Shown here piece by piece: positions 21,835-32,762 of a DNA stretch of 64,000 bases. The position numbers and the translations under genes are program-made. The DNA is taken from contig CALJVL010000019.1 in the NCBI GenBank assembly GCA_937773775.1, positions 40,862 through 104,861 on the forward strand. Direction: 5' to 3'. How positions within the stretch are numbered: position 1 is the stretch's first letter; each line of letters opens with the position of its first letter. The DNA is from an uncultured Flavobacterium sp. (GTDB lineage: Bacteria > Bacteroidota > Bacteroidia > Flavobacteriales > Flavobacteriaceae). The notes beneath the pieces are model-generated. The model saw only the letters and a program-made list of their open reading frames with translations. It did no database searches and was not told where the DNA came from.

Positions 21835-23145
21835 TTAGTTTGAATCACTTTCTTTTTGGTTGTCATCGAGAAGTAATACTTGATAACCGGCTTTTAAAAC
21901 CACTTTAACCAATTTTACTTTCTTGCTTAGCAGGCTTTTTGCCGCCTCTATTCCTGCTCCCGCAGCCTTTGCACCCCAAGAGTCATCAAGACTCCCCATT
22001 CCTATGTTCTGCATGGAGCGATCAGCAGTTGTTTTAGCAACATCTCGATTAATAGTACCAGGGATGTAAATCCCATCCAATCCGTCCATATCGTAAACAG
22101 AAAGTGCTACTGGATACAAAGAACTATTGTACCTAAGACTATTTATTTTGATAGTCAGTCGCTCCCCTTTTAAAGACGCTATACCAAACAAAAAGTTGTC
22201 TTTTGGTATCTCAACACCATTAATATAAATAGCACTAGTAAGCCTTAATTTTACAGTAGCCCCATTAACTATCGTTTGCGTTTCATGAATAACAGCCGGT
22301 ACTGTGTTTTGAACATCATCAGTACTTCCATTTTCATCCAAAGAATAAAATCCATTACGCTTGGATTGGCTATCAATTAAAAGATGATTTTTGGGCATGC
22401 TTTGTAATGACGAAGCTATCTCTTCCATCGATTTGGAGCTGATCGTAAATACTTGTCCCCGGTTTTCTTTCGAAACTTTTCTAAGTCTTTCCTGAACTCT
22501 ATCAGGATGCTGAATATCAAGTATGTTTTCAAGCATTCCGCTAAGTTGTTTCAATTCAGGGTCTTCATTTTCTTTCTGCTCATTCATAGTACTCCTCATT
22601 TGTCCTAACCTATCAATGTCGTCGGAATGTATTTCTGATGTATTTGATTTTGCATTTTTACTCAAACCTTGATTTTGATCTGTCATGATAGTTGGGCTAT
22701 TTATGGCCTTTTGTAGCGCTTCAAGCTTTTTACGAACCTTTTCTTCGTTTAAATCTCGATACATAGCTGTATTTAATCCGCTGTGCCCATCGTTCTGCCT
22801 ACTTCCTTTAAAAGTCGTATCCTTAGTAATTTCTGCTGTAGCCCCCTGAAAAGATTGCCTTAGATAATTCGGATCATTTTTAATGAGTTCTTCCAACTTT
22901 GCTGAATCAATTGCAGCTTGTTCATAGTAATTCATCTTATCCAAGAACAGTCCATCTTTCAGGTTTGCATCAGGAAGCTTGGTATTAAAGCCTTTTTTTT
23001 CTGCTGTTTCTAAAGTGGAGGCCTTCATTTCACCACCTCCTAGTATCCAAAACAGACCTGTAATAAAAGGCAGTACTAAGAGCGGGAGTACTAGAAGCAT
23101 CTTGCGCTGTCTTTGCATTTTTAGTGATTCGGTTTTTCGTTCCAT
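21835..23145 (-). CDS. traM: Conjugative transposon protein TraM (VirB10-like)
   Basis: N-terminal TM; VYDMDGLDGIYIPG and VKVVLKAGYQVLL motifs. Confidence 0.9.
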   Translation of the reverse strand: MERKTESLKMQRQRKMLLVLPLLVLPFITGLFWILGGGEMKASTLETAEKKGFNTKLPDANLKDGLFLDKMNYYEQAAIDSAKLEELIKNDPNYLRQSFQGATAEITKDTTFKGSRQNDGHSGLNTAMYRDLNEEKVRKKLEALQKAINSPTIMTDQNQGLSKNAKSNTSEIHSDDIDRLGQMRSTMNEQKENEDPELKQLSGMLENILDIQHPDRVQERLRKVSKENRGQVFTISSKSMEEIASSLQSMPKNHLLIDSQSKRNGFYSLDENGSTDDVQNTVPAVIHETQTIVNGATVKLRLTSAIYINGVEIPKDNFLFGIASLKGERLTIKINSLRYNSSLYPVALSVYDMDGLDGIYIPGTINRDVAKTTADRSMQNIGMGSLDDSWGAKAAGAGIEAAKSLLSKKVKLVKVVLKAGYQVLLLDDNQKESDSN

Positions 23146-23149
23146 ATTA

Positions 23150-23653
23150 TTAATTTTTAAATTGTGAGCGATAATAATTCTCTACCATGATAAGGCTATC
23201 CAGAAGTGCAGGGCGGTATTGCAGGATGCTGTCCTGTACTCTTTTTCCCGTGGAACTGCGTCCCAAACTATCCATATATATCTGGAAACGGACAATTCTT
23301 TCTAATTCACTTTTGCTTAATGATTTATTAAGTTGATTTTGTTTAGAGTCGAATACCACTCTATTTGTGGGTCTGCTGATCGGACTGACCTCTATGCTCT
23401 TCGAATTTTTTCCATTGAGACCATTCACAATCAGATAAACATTGCCAGAAACTGTAAATACTACAAAACAAAATAGTATTACAATCCAACTTTTAGTGGA
23501 TAAATGTGCCGTCTTCTGTTCCAGCCACAGAACGCATTTGTGCTGTAGCCAAAGATTAACTTTATCGAATCGTTGGAATAAATAGCGCTCTTTACACTTC
23601 ACTTTTTTAGCACCATTTTTGCTCTTTCTTTTAAATGTGAATTTCATAATCAA
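23150..23653 (-). CDS. TraL-like membrane protein
   Basis: Single TM, lies between traK and traM. Confidence 0.55.
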   Translation of the reverse strand: MIMKFTFKRKSKNGAKKVKCKERYLFQRFDKVNLWLQHKCVLWLEQKTAHLSTKSWIVILFCFVVFTVSGNVYLIVNGLNGKNSKSIEVSPISRPTNRVVFDSKQNQLNKSLSKSELERIVRFQIYMDSLGRSSTGKRVQDSILQYRPALLDSLIMVENYYRSQFKN

Positions 23654-23660
23654 TTCTTTT

Positions 23661-24281
23661 TTATTTTCTGTTCTTTGTACTTAAATCTCGATTCTCAATA
23701 GTGCTCCAGCGCTCAATTAAAAAACCATGTGGATTGTTGTCACTTCGGGATACATTTCGAAGATTCCCCTCTGTTATTAGACTTCGACGAGCAATACTTG
23801 TGGGTCTTATTATATTTTGGGAAGCATAGCAGCGGAACCGATAGGGATAGGCATTAATGTCAATTGTTACGCTATCCACAACGATGGTTTGGCTAACATT
23901 ACCTGATATGATACCAGAATAATAACCGTTTTCCTTTAAATCATCATACACTCTTTTTGCACTGTCATCCGCTAGGTAAAGCGCCTTGGTAACATTAATT
24001 TTAATCACTTTATCATCAGGGTCTAGACTAAAAAAAAGCGTATGAAATGTCTTTACATGATCTTTTGCTTCAACTGGAATATTTTCGTTTCTATTAGATG
24101 AAAAGGCTTCCAATGCTTTTCCATTGGCGAGTATATATACCTTATCCTGCATTTGAGAAACTAGACTAAAACTTTTGTAAAGAGCAAAGCAACAGAGGAT
24201 AACACATCCACTTACAACTAGCATAGTGAAGCTCCGAACATATCGAAAAGCCGTGTCAATATTTTTCATTCTACTAAACAT
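23661..24281 (-). CDS. traK: Conjugative transposon protein TraK (VirB8-like)
   Basis: KNIDTAF, FHTLFFSLDPD, RSDNNPHGFLIE motifs. Confidence 0.92.
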   Translation of the reverse strand: MFSRMKNIDTAFRYVRSFTMLVVSGCVILCCFALYKSFSLVSQMQDKVYILANGKALEAFSSNRNENIPVEAKDHVKTFHTLFFSLDPDDKVIKINVTKALYLADDSAKRVYDDLKENGYYSGIISGNVSQTIVVDSVTIDINAYPYRFRCYASQNIIRPTSIARRSLITEGNLRNVSRSDNNPHGFLIERWSTIENRDLSTKNRK

Positions 24282-24299
24282 GATATTTCAATTTATTGA

Positions 24300-25496
24300 T
24301 TAAGAATTACCTTTTAATTTATCCCCCATATAGCCTTCCTTATCTTTGAAATAAGGAGTTGAACTACTAGATCCCGACATACTTTGAGACATACGTCCTG
24401 CCGCATTACCCATAGCATCTGCCATCATACCAGTACCCGTAGAAACACTACTTAGTGCAGAATTTGTAGAATTACTGAAGATCGTAGTTACCTTTTGACT
24501 CAATGCTCCACCACCACCCGCATGGACTATATAATTGGCTACTGAGGGAACCGTAAAATAGCCGACAATCCCTATAATCATAAACACTAAATACGCCATA
24601 TCGGTTCTGCTAAAGAAAGTATCTCCGTAATCATTTACTTGGGCGATGTCCAATTGTAACATCTTCTCCTGTATTTTTCCGATGATGCTACCGAAAATAT
24701 TAGCAACAGGAAGCCACAGATAAATATTGATGTATCGCGCCAGCCAAACCGTCAAAGTATGTTGAAATCCATCAAAAACAGCGATCCCAAAGACTAAAGG
24801 TCCAAGTATGGAAAGTACTACAAGTTGAAAAGTACGCAGGGTATCGATACACAATGAAGCTGCTTCAAACAAAACCCTTAATACTTCACTCATCCATTCT
24901 TTAACCGAATTGCGAAAATTAAACGATGCCTTTGCCATGGCAAATTTGACATCGTTGCCTATCCCCTCAATCATTCCTTCGCTATCCCGATTTGCATTGT
25001 CATGTGTATATTTATACCATCTGTCCTGATCACCACTTCCTGATTCACCAACATACATCTGCCAGGAGTTAGTGCTTTTAATGGCTTCTTCTTTCTTTTG
25101 AAGCAATAACTCAATAGCCTTATTAGAACCTTCCACCATAGAAGCAGTCGCTGTAACGGTAGGCTTCATTACTCCGTTGATCAAATCCAAGACCGAAGGG
25201 AAAATCATAATACAGAAACCGATTGCAAAAGGCCGCAGGAGCGGATAAAAATCTATCGGTTCTGCACTGGCAATATGCCGCCATACTCTTGAGCCGATAT
25301 ACCAAATAGCTGCAAAGCCAGCTATGCCCTGTCCTACTCCCAGTAAATTGTTACACAAAGGCATCATTTCATCATAGAGCTGATTTAGAACTCCATGTAA
25401 ACTGTTCATGTCGGACGCTATACTTTGCGCTTGACTCCCAAAGGGCAATACAATTCCTAGGGCTGTAAATAATACTCCCTTGCTTCTCTTTGCCAT
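24300..25496 (-). CDS. traJ: Conjugative transposon protein TraJ (VirB6-like)
   Basis: EPIDFYPLLRPF, LSILGPL, YLWLPVANI, GYFTVPSVA motifs. Confidence 0.92.
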   Translation of the reverse strand: MAKRSKGVLFTALGIVLPFGSQAQSIASDMNSLHGVLNQLYDEMMPLCNNLLGVGQGIAGFAAIWYIGSRVWRHIASAEPIDFYPLLRPFAIGFCIMIFPSVLDLINGVMKPTVTATASMVEGSNKAIELLLQKKEEAIKSTNSWQMYVGESGSGDQDRWYKYTHDNANRDSEGMIEGIGNDVKFAMAKASFNFRNSVKEWMSEVLRVLFEAASLCIDTLRTFQLVVLSILGPLVFGIAVFDGFQHTLTVWLARYINIYLWLPVANIFGSIIGKIQEKMLQLDIAQVNDYGDTFFSRTDMAYLVFMIIGIVGYFTVPSVANYIVHAGGGGALSQKVTTIFSNSTNSALSSVSTGTGMMADAMGNAAGRMSQSMSGSSSSTPYFKDKEGYMGDKLKGNS

Positions 25497-25508
25497 CTTT
25501 ATTTTTAT

Positions 25509-26144
25509 TTAGTTATTTGTATTATAAATACTATGCATTACACGCACATCATTACGTTCTTTTGCACGCTGGATCGCTAATACTGCAGCGTTGTTATTAA
25601 AACTTCTAAGAAATAAAAGTTTGTCCTGCATATCAGCATAAATCTTGTCAATTGCTGTGAGTCTTTCCTCATCGGTCATTCTTAATGTATTGGCGGTTAT
25701 AACCGTTGCCAATTCGTCCAAATTCCTCAAGCTCTGATTTAGTAGATTATTATATACCCTTGAGCAATAGGCTATTTCAGTAGGACTGAAATTTCCACTA
25801 TTTCTGAAACCTTCAAATGCGGACTTGTATTCTTTTACCAAAAGCAATTGATATTTCACAATATCACCGACCCTTCTATAGTTGCGTACTGTGGGACTTA
25901 CTTGCATTAAGGCATCAAGGAATGTTTCATGAAGGCTAAAATTACCCTTAGACAATTCTTTAATTGTGTTATAACCACCACTCAGGATTTGATATCCCTT
26001 TTTCATATCTGTAAGAATCTGCTTGAATTGTGCTAACTTTTCAATGTTCAGTAGCAACTGTTGCATTTCCTGTGATTGGGCTGTAAGCCGAGTTGGAAAA
26101 AATAAGCCCAGCAAAAGAATCCCAATAATTAGTGTCTTTTTCAT
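25509..26144 (-). CDS. TraI/DUF4141-like secreted conjugation protein
   Basis: Signal peptide, LRMTDEERLTAID; paralog of the two upstream genes. Confidence 0.7.
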   Translation of the reverse strand: MKKTLIIGILLLGLFFPTRLTAQSQEMQQLLLNIEKLAQFKQILTDMKKGYQILSGGYNTIKELSKGNFSLHETFLDALMQVSPTVRNYRRVGDIVKYQLLLVKEYKSAFEGFRNSGNFSPTEIAYCSRVYNNLLNQSLRNLDELATVITANTLRMTDEERLTAIDKIYADMQDKLLFLRSFNNNAAVLAIQRAKERNDVRVMHSIYNTNN

Positions 26145-26770
26145 TAGAAATTGGTATTAATGCCACGCAAGTCACGGCTGGTTTTCAGATCTTTCTTTTC
26201 TTTGGCTTTTGACAACACCATTAATCTTGTTTCCTTAGTAAAAATTTCACCAAAACTGTAATTCTCCAACATATTCAGGTACAAGACATCAATGCGTTTC
26301 ATTCGCTCCTCTTCTTTCATTTCAAGTTGACCATCCGTTACTATGGTTAAGAGTTCTTCTAAATTTCCGTCACAATTCTCAAGTAGACGATCCACTACTC
26401 GTTTGATATAAGCTATTTCATCCCCATGAAAGAGATCATCCCATTGCACTTGTCTAATAATGAAACTGGAACTTTTGATGATTCTCAGTTGAAGAGCTAT
26501 AATCTCGGCCACCTTTGAATATTCTTTAATTTTCGGATTGACTGTTTTTAGCGAATTGAAGTAATCGGAGTGAAGATTAAATTCTCCTCGTTTGAAATCA
26601 CCAATTGTCGTTAGTCCCTTTTTGACAACCGAATATCCTTTTTGTGCATAATCAACATAGACCTTTAAGGCAGCGATTTGCTGCAACAATACTTTTCTTT
26701 GCTTTGGCTGTCCATTAATATCATTGTTCATCAATGCCGTAAATAGTAAAAACAGAAATAACTTTTTCAT
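26144..26770 (-). CDS. TraI/DUF4141-like conjugation protein
   Basis: LLQQIAAL, LEMKEEERMKRID motifs. Confidence 0.65.
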   Translation of the reverse strand: MKKLFLFLLFTALMNNDINGQPKQRKVLLQQIAALKVYVDYAQKGYSVVKKGLTTIGDFKRGEFNLHSDYFNSLKTVNPKIKEYSKVAEIIALQLRIIKSSSFIIRQVQWDDLFHGDEIAYIKRVVDRLLENCDGNLEELLTIVTDGQLEMKEEERMKRIDVLYLNMLENYSFGEIFTKETRLMVLSKAKEKKDLKTSRDLRGINTNF

Positions 26771-26782
26771 AGCTTTATTATT

Positions 26783-27472
26783 TTAGTACGGAATTCCGTA
26801 AAATTTCTTAATAGCGTCTACGTCATGCTTCGTTTTAGCTCTTTGCAGACTGAGCTGCCTATTTTGCCTATTGAATAGTCTAAGGTCATCATAGTTACCC
26901 TCAATCTGATCAGCGGCAGTATTAATGATTTCCAATCTTTTGGCATCACTCATTTGGATCGTAAAAGAATCCAGAATCAGAAAAATGTGGTCTATGTTTT
27001 TTAGGCTCTCGTTTAATATACCCGAATACACTTTGTGCATATACTCCAATTCTGCCACATTAAAATGTGGGTCTTGTCTAATGAGGTTCCAAGCTCTTTC
27101 ATATTCATCCACTAGCTGTACTTGTTTCTGCGTAATATCCCTAATGCGCTGGTAATAACTAATTATTGATTTGACTTTCATTAGCTCCTCGTAGTAATTC
27201 TTATACAAGTCTTTTTGCTTCTGTGTCCACTGAGAGATCTCTCCTAGTTTTAGTTTGGAAAGCGTATTCTCCAGTTTTTTGTGTGCATTTTGAAGCCAGA
27301 TAGTTTCATTTTGCAACCGCTGTATTCGCAAGTCTATCGCCAAAATCACTTTTTTAATTACGGCAGTTATCACTCCAACTATAGGCAAAGCAACGACTGC
27401 TGCAGGCCTTGCAGGACTACTGACCAGCAGTAGACAAAGCAAACACAAGCTTATTTTTCTCTTTGTTTTCAT
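26783..27472 (-). CDS. traI: Conjugal transfer protein TraI-like
   Basis: IDLRIQRLQNETIWLQNA, QMSDAKRLEII motifs; follows traG. Confidence 0.75.
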   Translation of the reverse strand: MKTKRKISLCLLCLLLVSSPARPAAVVALPIVGVITAVIKKVILAIDLRIQRLQNETIWLQNAHKKLENTLSKLKLGEISQWTQKQKDLYKNYYEELMKVKSIISYYQRIRDITQKQVQLVDEYERAWNLIRQDPHFNVAELEYMHKVYSGILNESLKNIDHIFLILDSFTIQMSDAKRLEIINTAADQIEGNYDDLRLFNRQNRQLSLQRAKTKHDVDAIKKFYGIPY

Positions 27473-27527
27473 AATGCATTTAATTTAGGTTTATCTTCTC
27501 CTCTATTAGAGCGTTATAGTCTCTTTT

Positions 27528-30014
27528 TCATCCTTTTGCTTCCTCTCGCAAGTCAGCAGCCAATGCAGCAATTCCCTTTTGAATATTACCTCCAAACATT
27601 TTTGTATAGGCTTGGACTTTTAGCTTTTCCGTTTCTTCAGTAGTATATGCGAGATATTCTTCTAGGGACACTTCGGTTCGGTAGACTTTGGAAAGCACTC
27701 CACCCAAGGAAATAAAAACTTCCTTGTATTTCTTATCGGGATCATTGGCTTTATTTACCGATAATACCAATGCTTTTTCTTTTTCTGTGAGTCCCAATAG
27801 TTCTTGAATTTGCTCAAATTTGTTTTGATATTTACTTTGATCTAGTAATATCTTGCAGTCGCTATTATTGATGATAGCCTGCTTCACTACTGGTGAAGAT
27901 ATTATGTCTTCCACTTCTTGGGTAACCACGATTGCCTCTCCAAAAAATTTCCGAACAGTCTTAAATAAATACTTAATGTATTCAGCCATACCTTCCTTAG
28001 CAATAGCCTTCCATGCTTCCTCAATTAATATCATTTTACGAACTCCTTTTAGCTTCCGCATTTTACTAATAAACAGCTCCATTATGATAATGGTAACCAC
28101 TGGAAAAAGTATCGGATGATCCTTAATATTGTCTAATTCGAAAACGATAAATCGCTCTTGTAACAAGTCTAAATTTTCTGTTGCATTGAGCAGATAGTCG
28201 AACTCCCCACCTTTGTAATACGGACGCAATACGTAGAGAAAATTATTCACATCAAAGTCCTTTTCTTTGACCTTGTCCTCTTCCAATATTTTTACAAAAT
28301 CTTCTTTTAAAAAGTCATAGAAGGTGTTAAAGCTGGGAAACAGCTGCGAATTGAAAGCCAGCTTCTCATAATACAATTGTAAAGCATTCGATAAGGCTAC
28401 ATATTCAATGCGATTAAAGGTCTCATCGTCTTTTTTCCAAAGCGCCAATAGCAAGGTTTTAATACTTTCTTTTTTCTCTGTATCCAAAGTATCCCCCTCA
28501 CTGATGTAAAACGGGTTGAACTTGATCGGATTCTTTTCATCATACGTAAAATAGTACCCTTCTACCATATCACACAATCCTTTGTAACTATGCCCTACAT
28601 CTACAAGTACTACATGAGTTCCTTGCTCGTAATAGCTTCTGACCATATGGTTCGTAAAAAAAGATTTTCCACTTCCTGAAGGTCCAAGAATAAACTTATT
28701 GCGATTGGTACAAATACCCATCTTTACTGGTTCATCGCTGATATCAACATGTACAGGCTTTCCTGTCAAACGATCACCTAGTCGGATTCCAGTGGGGCTT
28801 AGCGAAGAACGATAACCTGTTTCCAGATTCAGAAAGCAACTTGCTTGCTCCACGAACGTATCAAAGCTATCGTTCATCGGAAAATCAGCTGCATTTCCTG
28901 GAATCCCCGCCCAATAAATCTGGGCAGCTCCTACCGTTTCCTGTTTTGCAGCTGCATCCATTTGCACTAAAGCCGAAGAAACTTTGTTTTTAATCCCTTT
29001 CAATTCTTCTTTTCGATCGCTCCAAACCAATACGTTAAAATGTGCTTTAACAGGCAACCGTTGTTGACTAATCGCTTCATTAAGAAAATCATTTGTAGCG
29101 TCACGAGCAATTAAGTTCTCTCTGCTATAAGCCGATAAAGATTGTAAGCGTAACCTTTTACTTTCTAATTTCTGCAAAGTCTTTTGAAAATCCTCTATAA
29201 AAATATACTGATTGTAAATGTGATTACAAGAAAGCAGCTGACCCAATGTTGAGGCAAAACCAATACTGAATTTGGTCCTGTCGGTTGAATACCGGTCATA
29301 ATTAATTCTCGAACCGCAAAGTGCAGGTAAATCAGCTGCATCCCCTAAAGTATATACCTGGCAATGTTTGTCTCCGACCTGTAAACCTTCGTTGAAAGCA
29401 ATGTCATTAAATACAAAGGAATCTGGTTTCTCAGACAAGCAGCAATAGCGTTCTATAACTCCAATTTTTCTGCTCTGACTACGTAACTCATCATTGCCCA
29501 AACGCTGCAGTTTTACAAAGCCACTGTCCTCCAATATTCGTTTGAATTGCCCTGTACTATCGATAAAATCTTGACGTAGACTCTCCTTTAATGTTTCTTC
29601 AGGTACGATTGAAGGCCTAATTAAATTAGAAAATAAGGAACTGGACGTCTTTCTTCCCGCTGGTTTTTTAGTCAAAAAAATGTAACATGAATGATCTAAA
29701 AAAGGACGCTCATTAAAGAATCGTTCACTGCAACGACTAAGAAAACTATGGTCATCATTTTCAAACTGGGGTTGATGCTTACTATCAATAAACCAGTCTT
29801 GCTTGTGAAAAACGCTAAATTTCGGCAATAGCTTTAAGGCCTTCACCCACGCTTGGTGAAATGCCTCATACTCCTGATCAGATAGCGTAAATATTTCTGG
29901 TAGTTCTGCTTTGAATACTACAGTAACATCCCCTTGTTTGGATAGAATACAATCGTGTTCAACATCCATTATCGGCAAAATAGCCTCCATCGTCTTTTCC
30001 ATCATCATCTCCAT
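27528..30014 (-). CDS. traG: Conjugative transposon ATPase TraG (VirB4-like)
   Basis: NRNKFILGPSGSGKSF Walker A, LIEEAWKAI, KTVRKFFGEA. Confidence 0.95.
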   Translation of the reverse strand: MEMMMEKTMEAILPIMDVEHDCILSKQGDVTVVFKAELPEIFTLSDQEYEAFHQAWVKALKLLPKFSVFHKQDWFIDSKHQPQFENDDHSFLSRCSERFFNERPFLDHSCYIFLTKKPAGRKTSSSLFSNLIRPSIVPEETLKESLRQDFIDSTGQFKRILEDSGFVKLQRLGNDELRSQSRKIGVIERYCCLSEKPDSFVFNDIAFNEGLQVGDKHCQVYTLGDAADLPALCGSRINYDRYSTDRTKFSIGFASTLGQLLSCNHIYNQYIFIEDFQKTLQKLESKRLRLQSLSAYSRENLIARDATNDFLNEAISQQRLPVKAHFNVLVWSDRKEELKGIKNKVSSALVQMDAAAKQETVGAAQIYWAGIPGNAADFPMNDSFDTFVEQASCFLNLETGYRSSLSPTGIRLGDRLTGKPVHVDISDEPVKMGICTNRNKFILGPSGSGKSFFTNHMVRSYYEQGTHVVLVDVGHSYKGLCDMVEGYYFTYDEKNPIKFNPFYISEGDTLDTEKKESIKTLLLALWKKDDETFNRIEYVALSNALQLYYEKLAFNSQLFPSFNTFYDFLKEDFVKILEEDKVKEKDFDVNNFLYVLRPYYKGGEFDYLLNATENLDLLQERFIVFELDNIKDHPILFPVVTIIIMELFISKMRKLKGVRKMILIEEAWKAIAKEGMAEYIKYLFKTVRKFFGEAIVVTQEVEDIISSPVVKQAIINNSDCKILLDQSKYQNKFEQIQELLGLTEKEKALVLSVNKANDPDKKYKEVFISLGGVLSKVYRTEVSLEEYLAYTTEETEKLKVQAYTKMFGGNIQKGIAALAADLREEAKG

Positions 30015-30038
30015 TTAACTGTCTCTTCATTCCGTTCG

Positions 30039-30359
30039 CTATAGTTTTCGCATTTTGAAAACGCTTCTACTTTGGGTCTTGATTGCTTTAGGTAATTGTC
30101 TTTTCGCTAACTCTTTCATCATCCCAAACTCTCCGTACTTGTGACTCATTTTATAAATCTTTACAACCATCACGGTTCCTCCAATACATATAATTCCGAG
30201 GGAAATATACGAGGGGAATCCGACTATATACATGATGGAAAAAAGGATCATTAATACTACTACACCCGCTCCAAAATACCAGATGTATTGTGCTTTCAAC
30301 CCTTTGAATTCGATACTTTTATTGATTCCTTTGTTAATATGATATACCGTATTTGCCAT
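30039..30359 (-). CDS. traF: TraF-like (DUF4133) protein
   Basis: INKGINKSIEFKGLKAQY and KYGEFGMMK motifs. Confidence 0.85.
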   Translation of the reverse strand: MANTVYHINKGINKSIEFKGLKAQYIWYFGAGVVVLMILFSIMYIVGFPSYISLGIICIGGTVMVVKIYKMSHKYGEFGMMKELAKRQLPKAIKTQSRSVFKMRKL

Positions 30360-30371
30360 ATTTATAGAGTA

Positions 30372-30710
30372 TTAAACCCCAAAAAAGGATTTTATTACGG
30401 TGGCAACTACAACTAGAAAAACGCAGCTACCAAACCAGGCCGCCGCTACTTTTCCTGTATCAGGATCACCGGCATTCCATTTCTGATATACCTTTACCGC
30501 GCCAATCAGTCCAAGTAATGCGCCAATGGCATACATCAATTGAGTGCCTGCATCAAAATAACTCCGTACTTTTTGGTTCGCTTCATTGATTCCCGCAAGC
30601 CCATCTTGCCCATATCCTTGATAACTGAATACTAACAATACCACAATACAAACACCGATAATTCTATTTTGTCGGTTCTCTCTTTTTAAATTCCAGATGC
30701 ACTTCTTCAT
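30372..30710 (-). CDS. traE: TraE-like pilin (DUF4134)
   Basis: GLIGAVKVYQKWNAGDPDTGKVAAAWFGSC. Confidence 0.88.
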   Translation of the reverse strand: MKKCIWNLKRENRQNRIIGVCIVVLLVFSYQGYGQDGLAGINEANQKVRSYFDAGTQLMYAIGALLGLIGAVKVYQKWNAGDPDTGKVAAAWFGSCVFLVVVATVIKSFFGV

Positions 30711-30846
30711 AATTCCTTGTTTTAAAGTTCAAATCATTAAAAATTAATGCAGAGCATGCCACTGTCTCAATTTCTCATTCCTGTCACATTAAGCCATACT
30801 GCACTGAAACGGACAGGGGCAATTCCTCCACAATCTTTTATTATTG

Positions 30847-31326
30847 TTATTCATTTTCTTTCAATAATTCTTCTACCTCTATCTGACTTAAACTTATAAA
30901 ATCTAGTTTATTGCATTCTGAGATTATCAGCTCACTGACTACAGATCTAAATGGGGAGTTTTTAATAGATGGATACTCACAAAGAAGCAAACTGAGATAA
31001 CCCTGAAACTCTTTTTTGACTAATTTTCTTTGAGTTGCCTCTTCTACAACATTTTTCAATCTTTCTAAAAAAGCATCTACATCAAGTATAGATTCTTCCG
31101 GCCCTCCAAATGATGGCTGCAAGGAAGTGTTATTAATAGCCTGCGACTGAACTACATCATAACGAATTTCTAAATCCTTAACCCTGCGATTCTGAAGTTT
31201 CCACTTTCCTTTCACAATTTCTTTGATCACTACAAAATAAAATCGCAATCCAATAAATAAATACCAACTTACTAATAGCAATACAATCACAACGATGTAA
31301 TTGCCCCATGAAATGTTTGTAAACAT
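30847..31326 (-). CDS. Hypothetical membrane-anchored ICE protein
   Basis: N-terminal TM (ISWGNYIVVIVLLLVSWYL); first gene of the tra operon. Confidence 0.65.
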   Translation of the reverse strand: MFTNISWGNYIVVIVLLLVSWYLFIGLRFYFVVIKEIVKGKWKLQNRRVKDLEIRYDVVQSQAINNTSLQPSFGGPEESILDVDAFLERLKNVVEEATQRKLVKKEFQGYLSLLLCEYPSIKNSPFRSVVSELIISECNKLDFISLSQIEVEELLKENE

Positions 31327-31505
31327 AGCTTCAAAATTAAATGTTCAACTTCCTCTTTTTCTTTCCATCGAACACTAAAAAAATAAATGTTTGATTTCAT
31401 AAGTCAAAAGAACAATTAGTTAACTTTATTCACAAGTACAACTTTAACTTGTACCCTTTAGTACCCCTGATAAACAGACCATATAACACGCTTTATACAC
31501 GGGAT

Positions 31506-32711
31506 TTAATAGCTATTTATTTTTGTGATCATCTTCTCTAACGTCCGAATTGCTACTACTTTATCACGGTCTTCTGCATTGTATGACTTACTTCTCACAG
31601 ATTGATAGGAAAGCTCTTTTTTAAAAGGAGTAGATAAATAAGGAACAATACTTTTAAATACCTGACTCATAGAGCGGGCTTTTACCACCCGAGATTCATC
31701 TGCAGCTCTCAAAATAAGAGCGATCTGATCGCACGACAAATCACACTCCATTTTAAAATTGGATTCCATTGCCGTTATGCTACTTTTAGGTGCTGAGTCA
31801 AGTACCTCTTCCTCTCTAGATTTTATTTGTTGCTCCAAGTAGCGAATTTCATGCTGAAACCACGTTAATAAAACCTCTTTCAAATTCGGTACTTGCGGGT
31901 CAAACATTCTTTTGGGTTTACAATTGAGTTGCCCAAATTCCTTGTAAATACGTAAAATAGTGGCAAACCTATCTCCAAGTGTAGGATAGTGATCGAGTTG
32001 ATTTAGTATCTTATTTTTCAAGTAAGCACTGTATTCCTGGCAATTGAAATTAAAGCTTATCAATATTTCATCTGCTACAGAATATATAGTACTTTTAACA
32101 ATTGGTAGTGCATCACTAGCTAGCGCATTCAACAGTTCCTTTCTATACACTATTTCCCTGTAGGTACTTTTATGCGTGTACTCAGATGTCACTTTTTGGT
32201 AAAGTTTTGCAATTACAATTTGTAAAGGTTCTTCTGTACTAGAAGGATCATTAGAGATATTTTTTTTAAAAACTTCTAGTTTGGACAGAATTTCTCTTTT
32301 GGAGACTATTTGATAGGTGATGGGAACACGCTCATCCAAACTAAGGTACTTGTAAAAACGGTTTTCAACAAAAGATAACAATTCCTCTAACACAGCAATA
32401 ACTGTAGTCCCGATATTACGAAGATGGGGTTCTCTAAAATATTCATGTTGCTGGTTTTCAATGCTACAATCTAAAAGGTAAATAAAACTGGAATGGTAGT
32501 TTCGAACCAAATACCGAAATTGTCTCCTTTTTCGAATAGAAAAAATTTCTTCCTTAATCTGGATCTGGATCCTACGAGATTCTTTTAAAATATGGGCAAC
32601 GAGTTCCTTGCTTTCAGCAATGGTTATGGATTGTAGTGCTCCACTCCTTGCATTAAGTTCCTGTACTATTAAACAATCGAACCATTCTAAGGTGTATTTT
32701 GTTTGCATCAT
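31506..32711 (-). CDS. RteC-like ICE regulator (tentative)
   Basis: Long ORF upstream of tra operon; C-terminal LSCDQIALILRAADE...LSYQSVRSKSY resembles ICE transfer regulators. Confidence 0.5.
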   Translation of the reverse strand: MMQTKYTLEWFDCLIVQELNARSGALQSITIAESKELVAHILKESRRIQIQIKEEIFSIRKRRQFRYLVRNYHSSFIYLLDCSIENQQHEYFREPHLRNIGTTVIAVLEELLSFVENRFYKYLSLDERVPITYQIVSKREILSKLEVFKKNISNDPSSTEEPLQIVIAKLYQKVTSEYTHKSTYREIVYRKELLNALASDALPIVKSTIYSVADEILISFNFNCQEYSAYLKNKILNQLDHYPTLGDRFATILRIYKEFGQLNCKPKRMFDPQVPNLKEVLLTWFQHEIRYLEQQIKSREEEVLDSAPKSSITAMESNFKMECDLSCDQIALILRAADESRVVKARSMSQVFKSIVPYLSTPFKKELSYQSVRSKSYNAEDRDKVVAIRTLEKMITKINSY

Positions 32712-32762
32712 AGAATTGTTTTTATTGGTTTTGAAAAACAATTGATTAGGGGAGAAATAGAT

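Noticed and set aside
25509..26144. Tellurite-resistance (TerB-like) label sometimes given to this family
   Set aside because: Position between traI and traJ and similarity to its neighbours indicate a conjugation role
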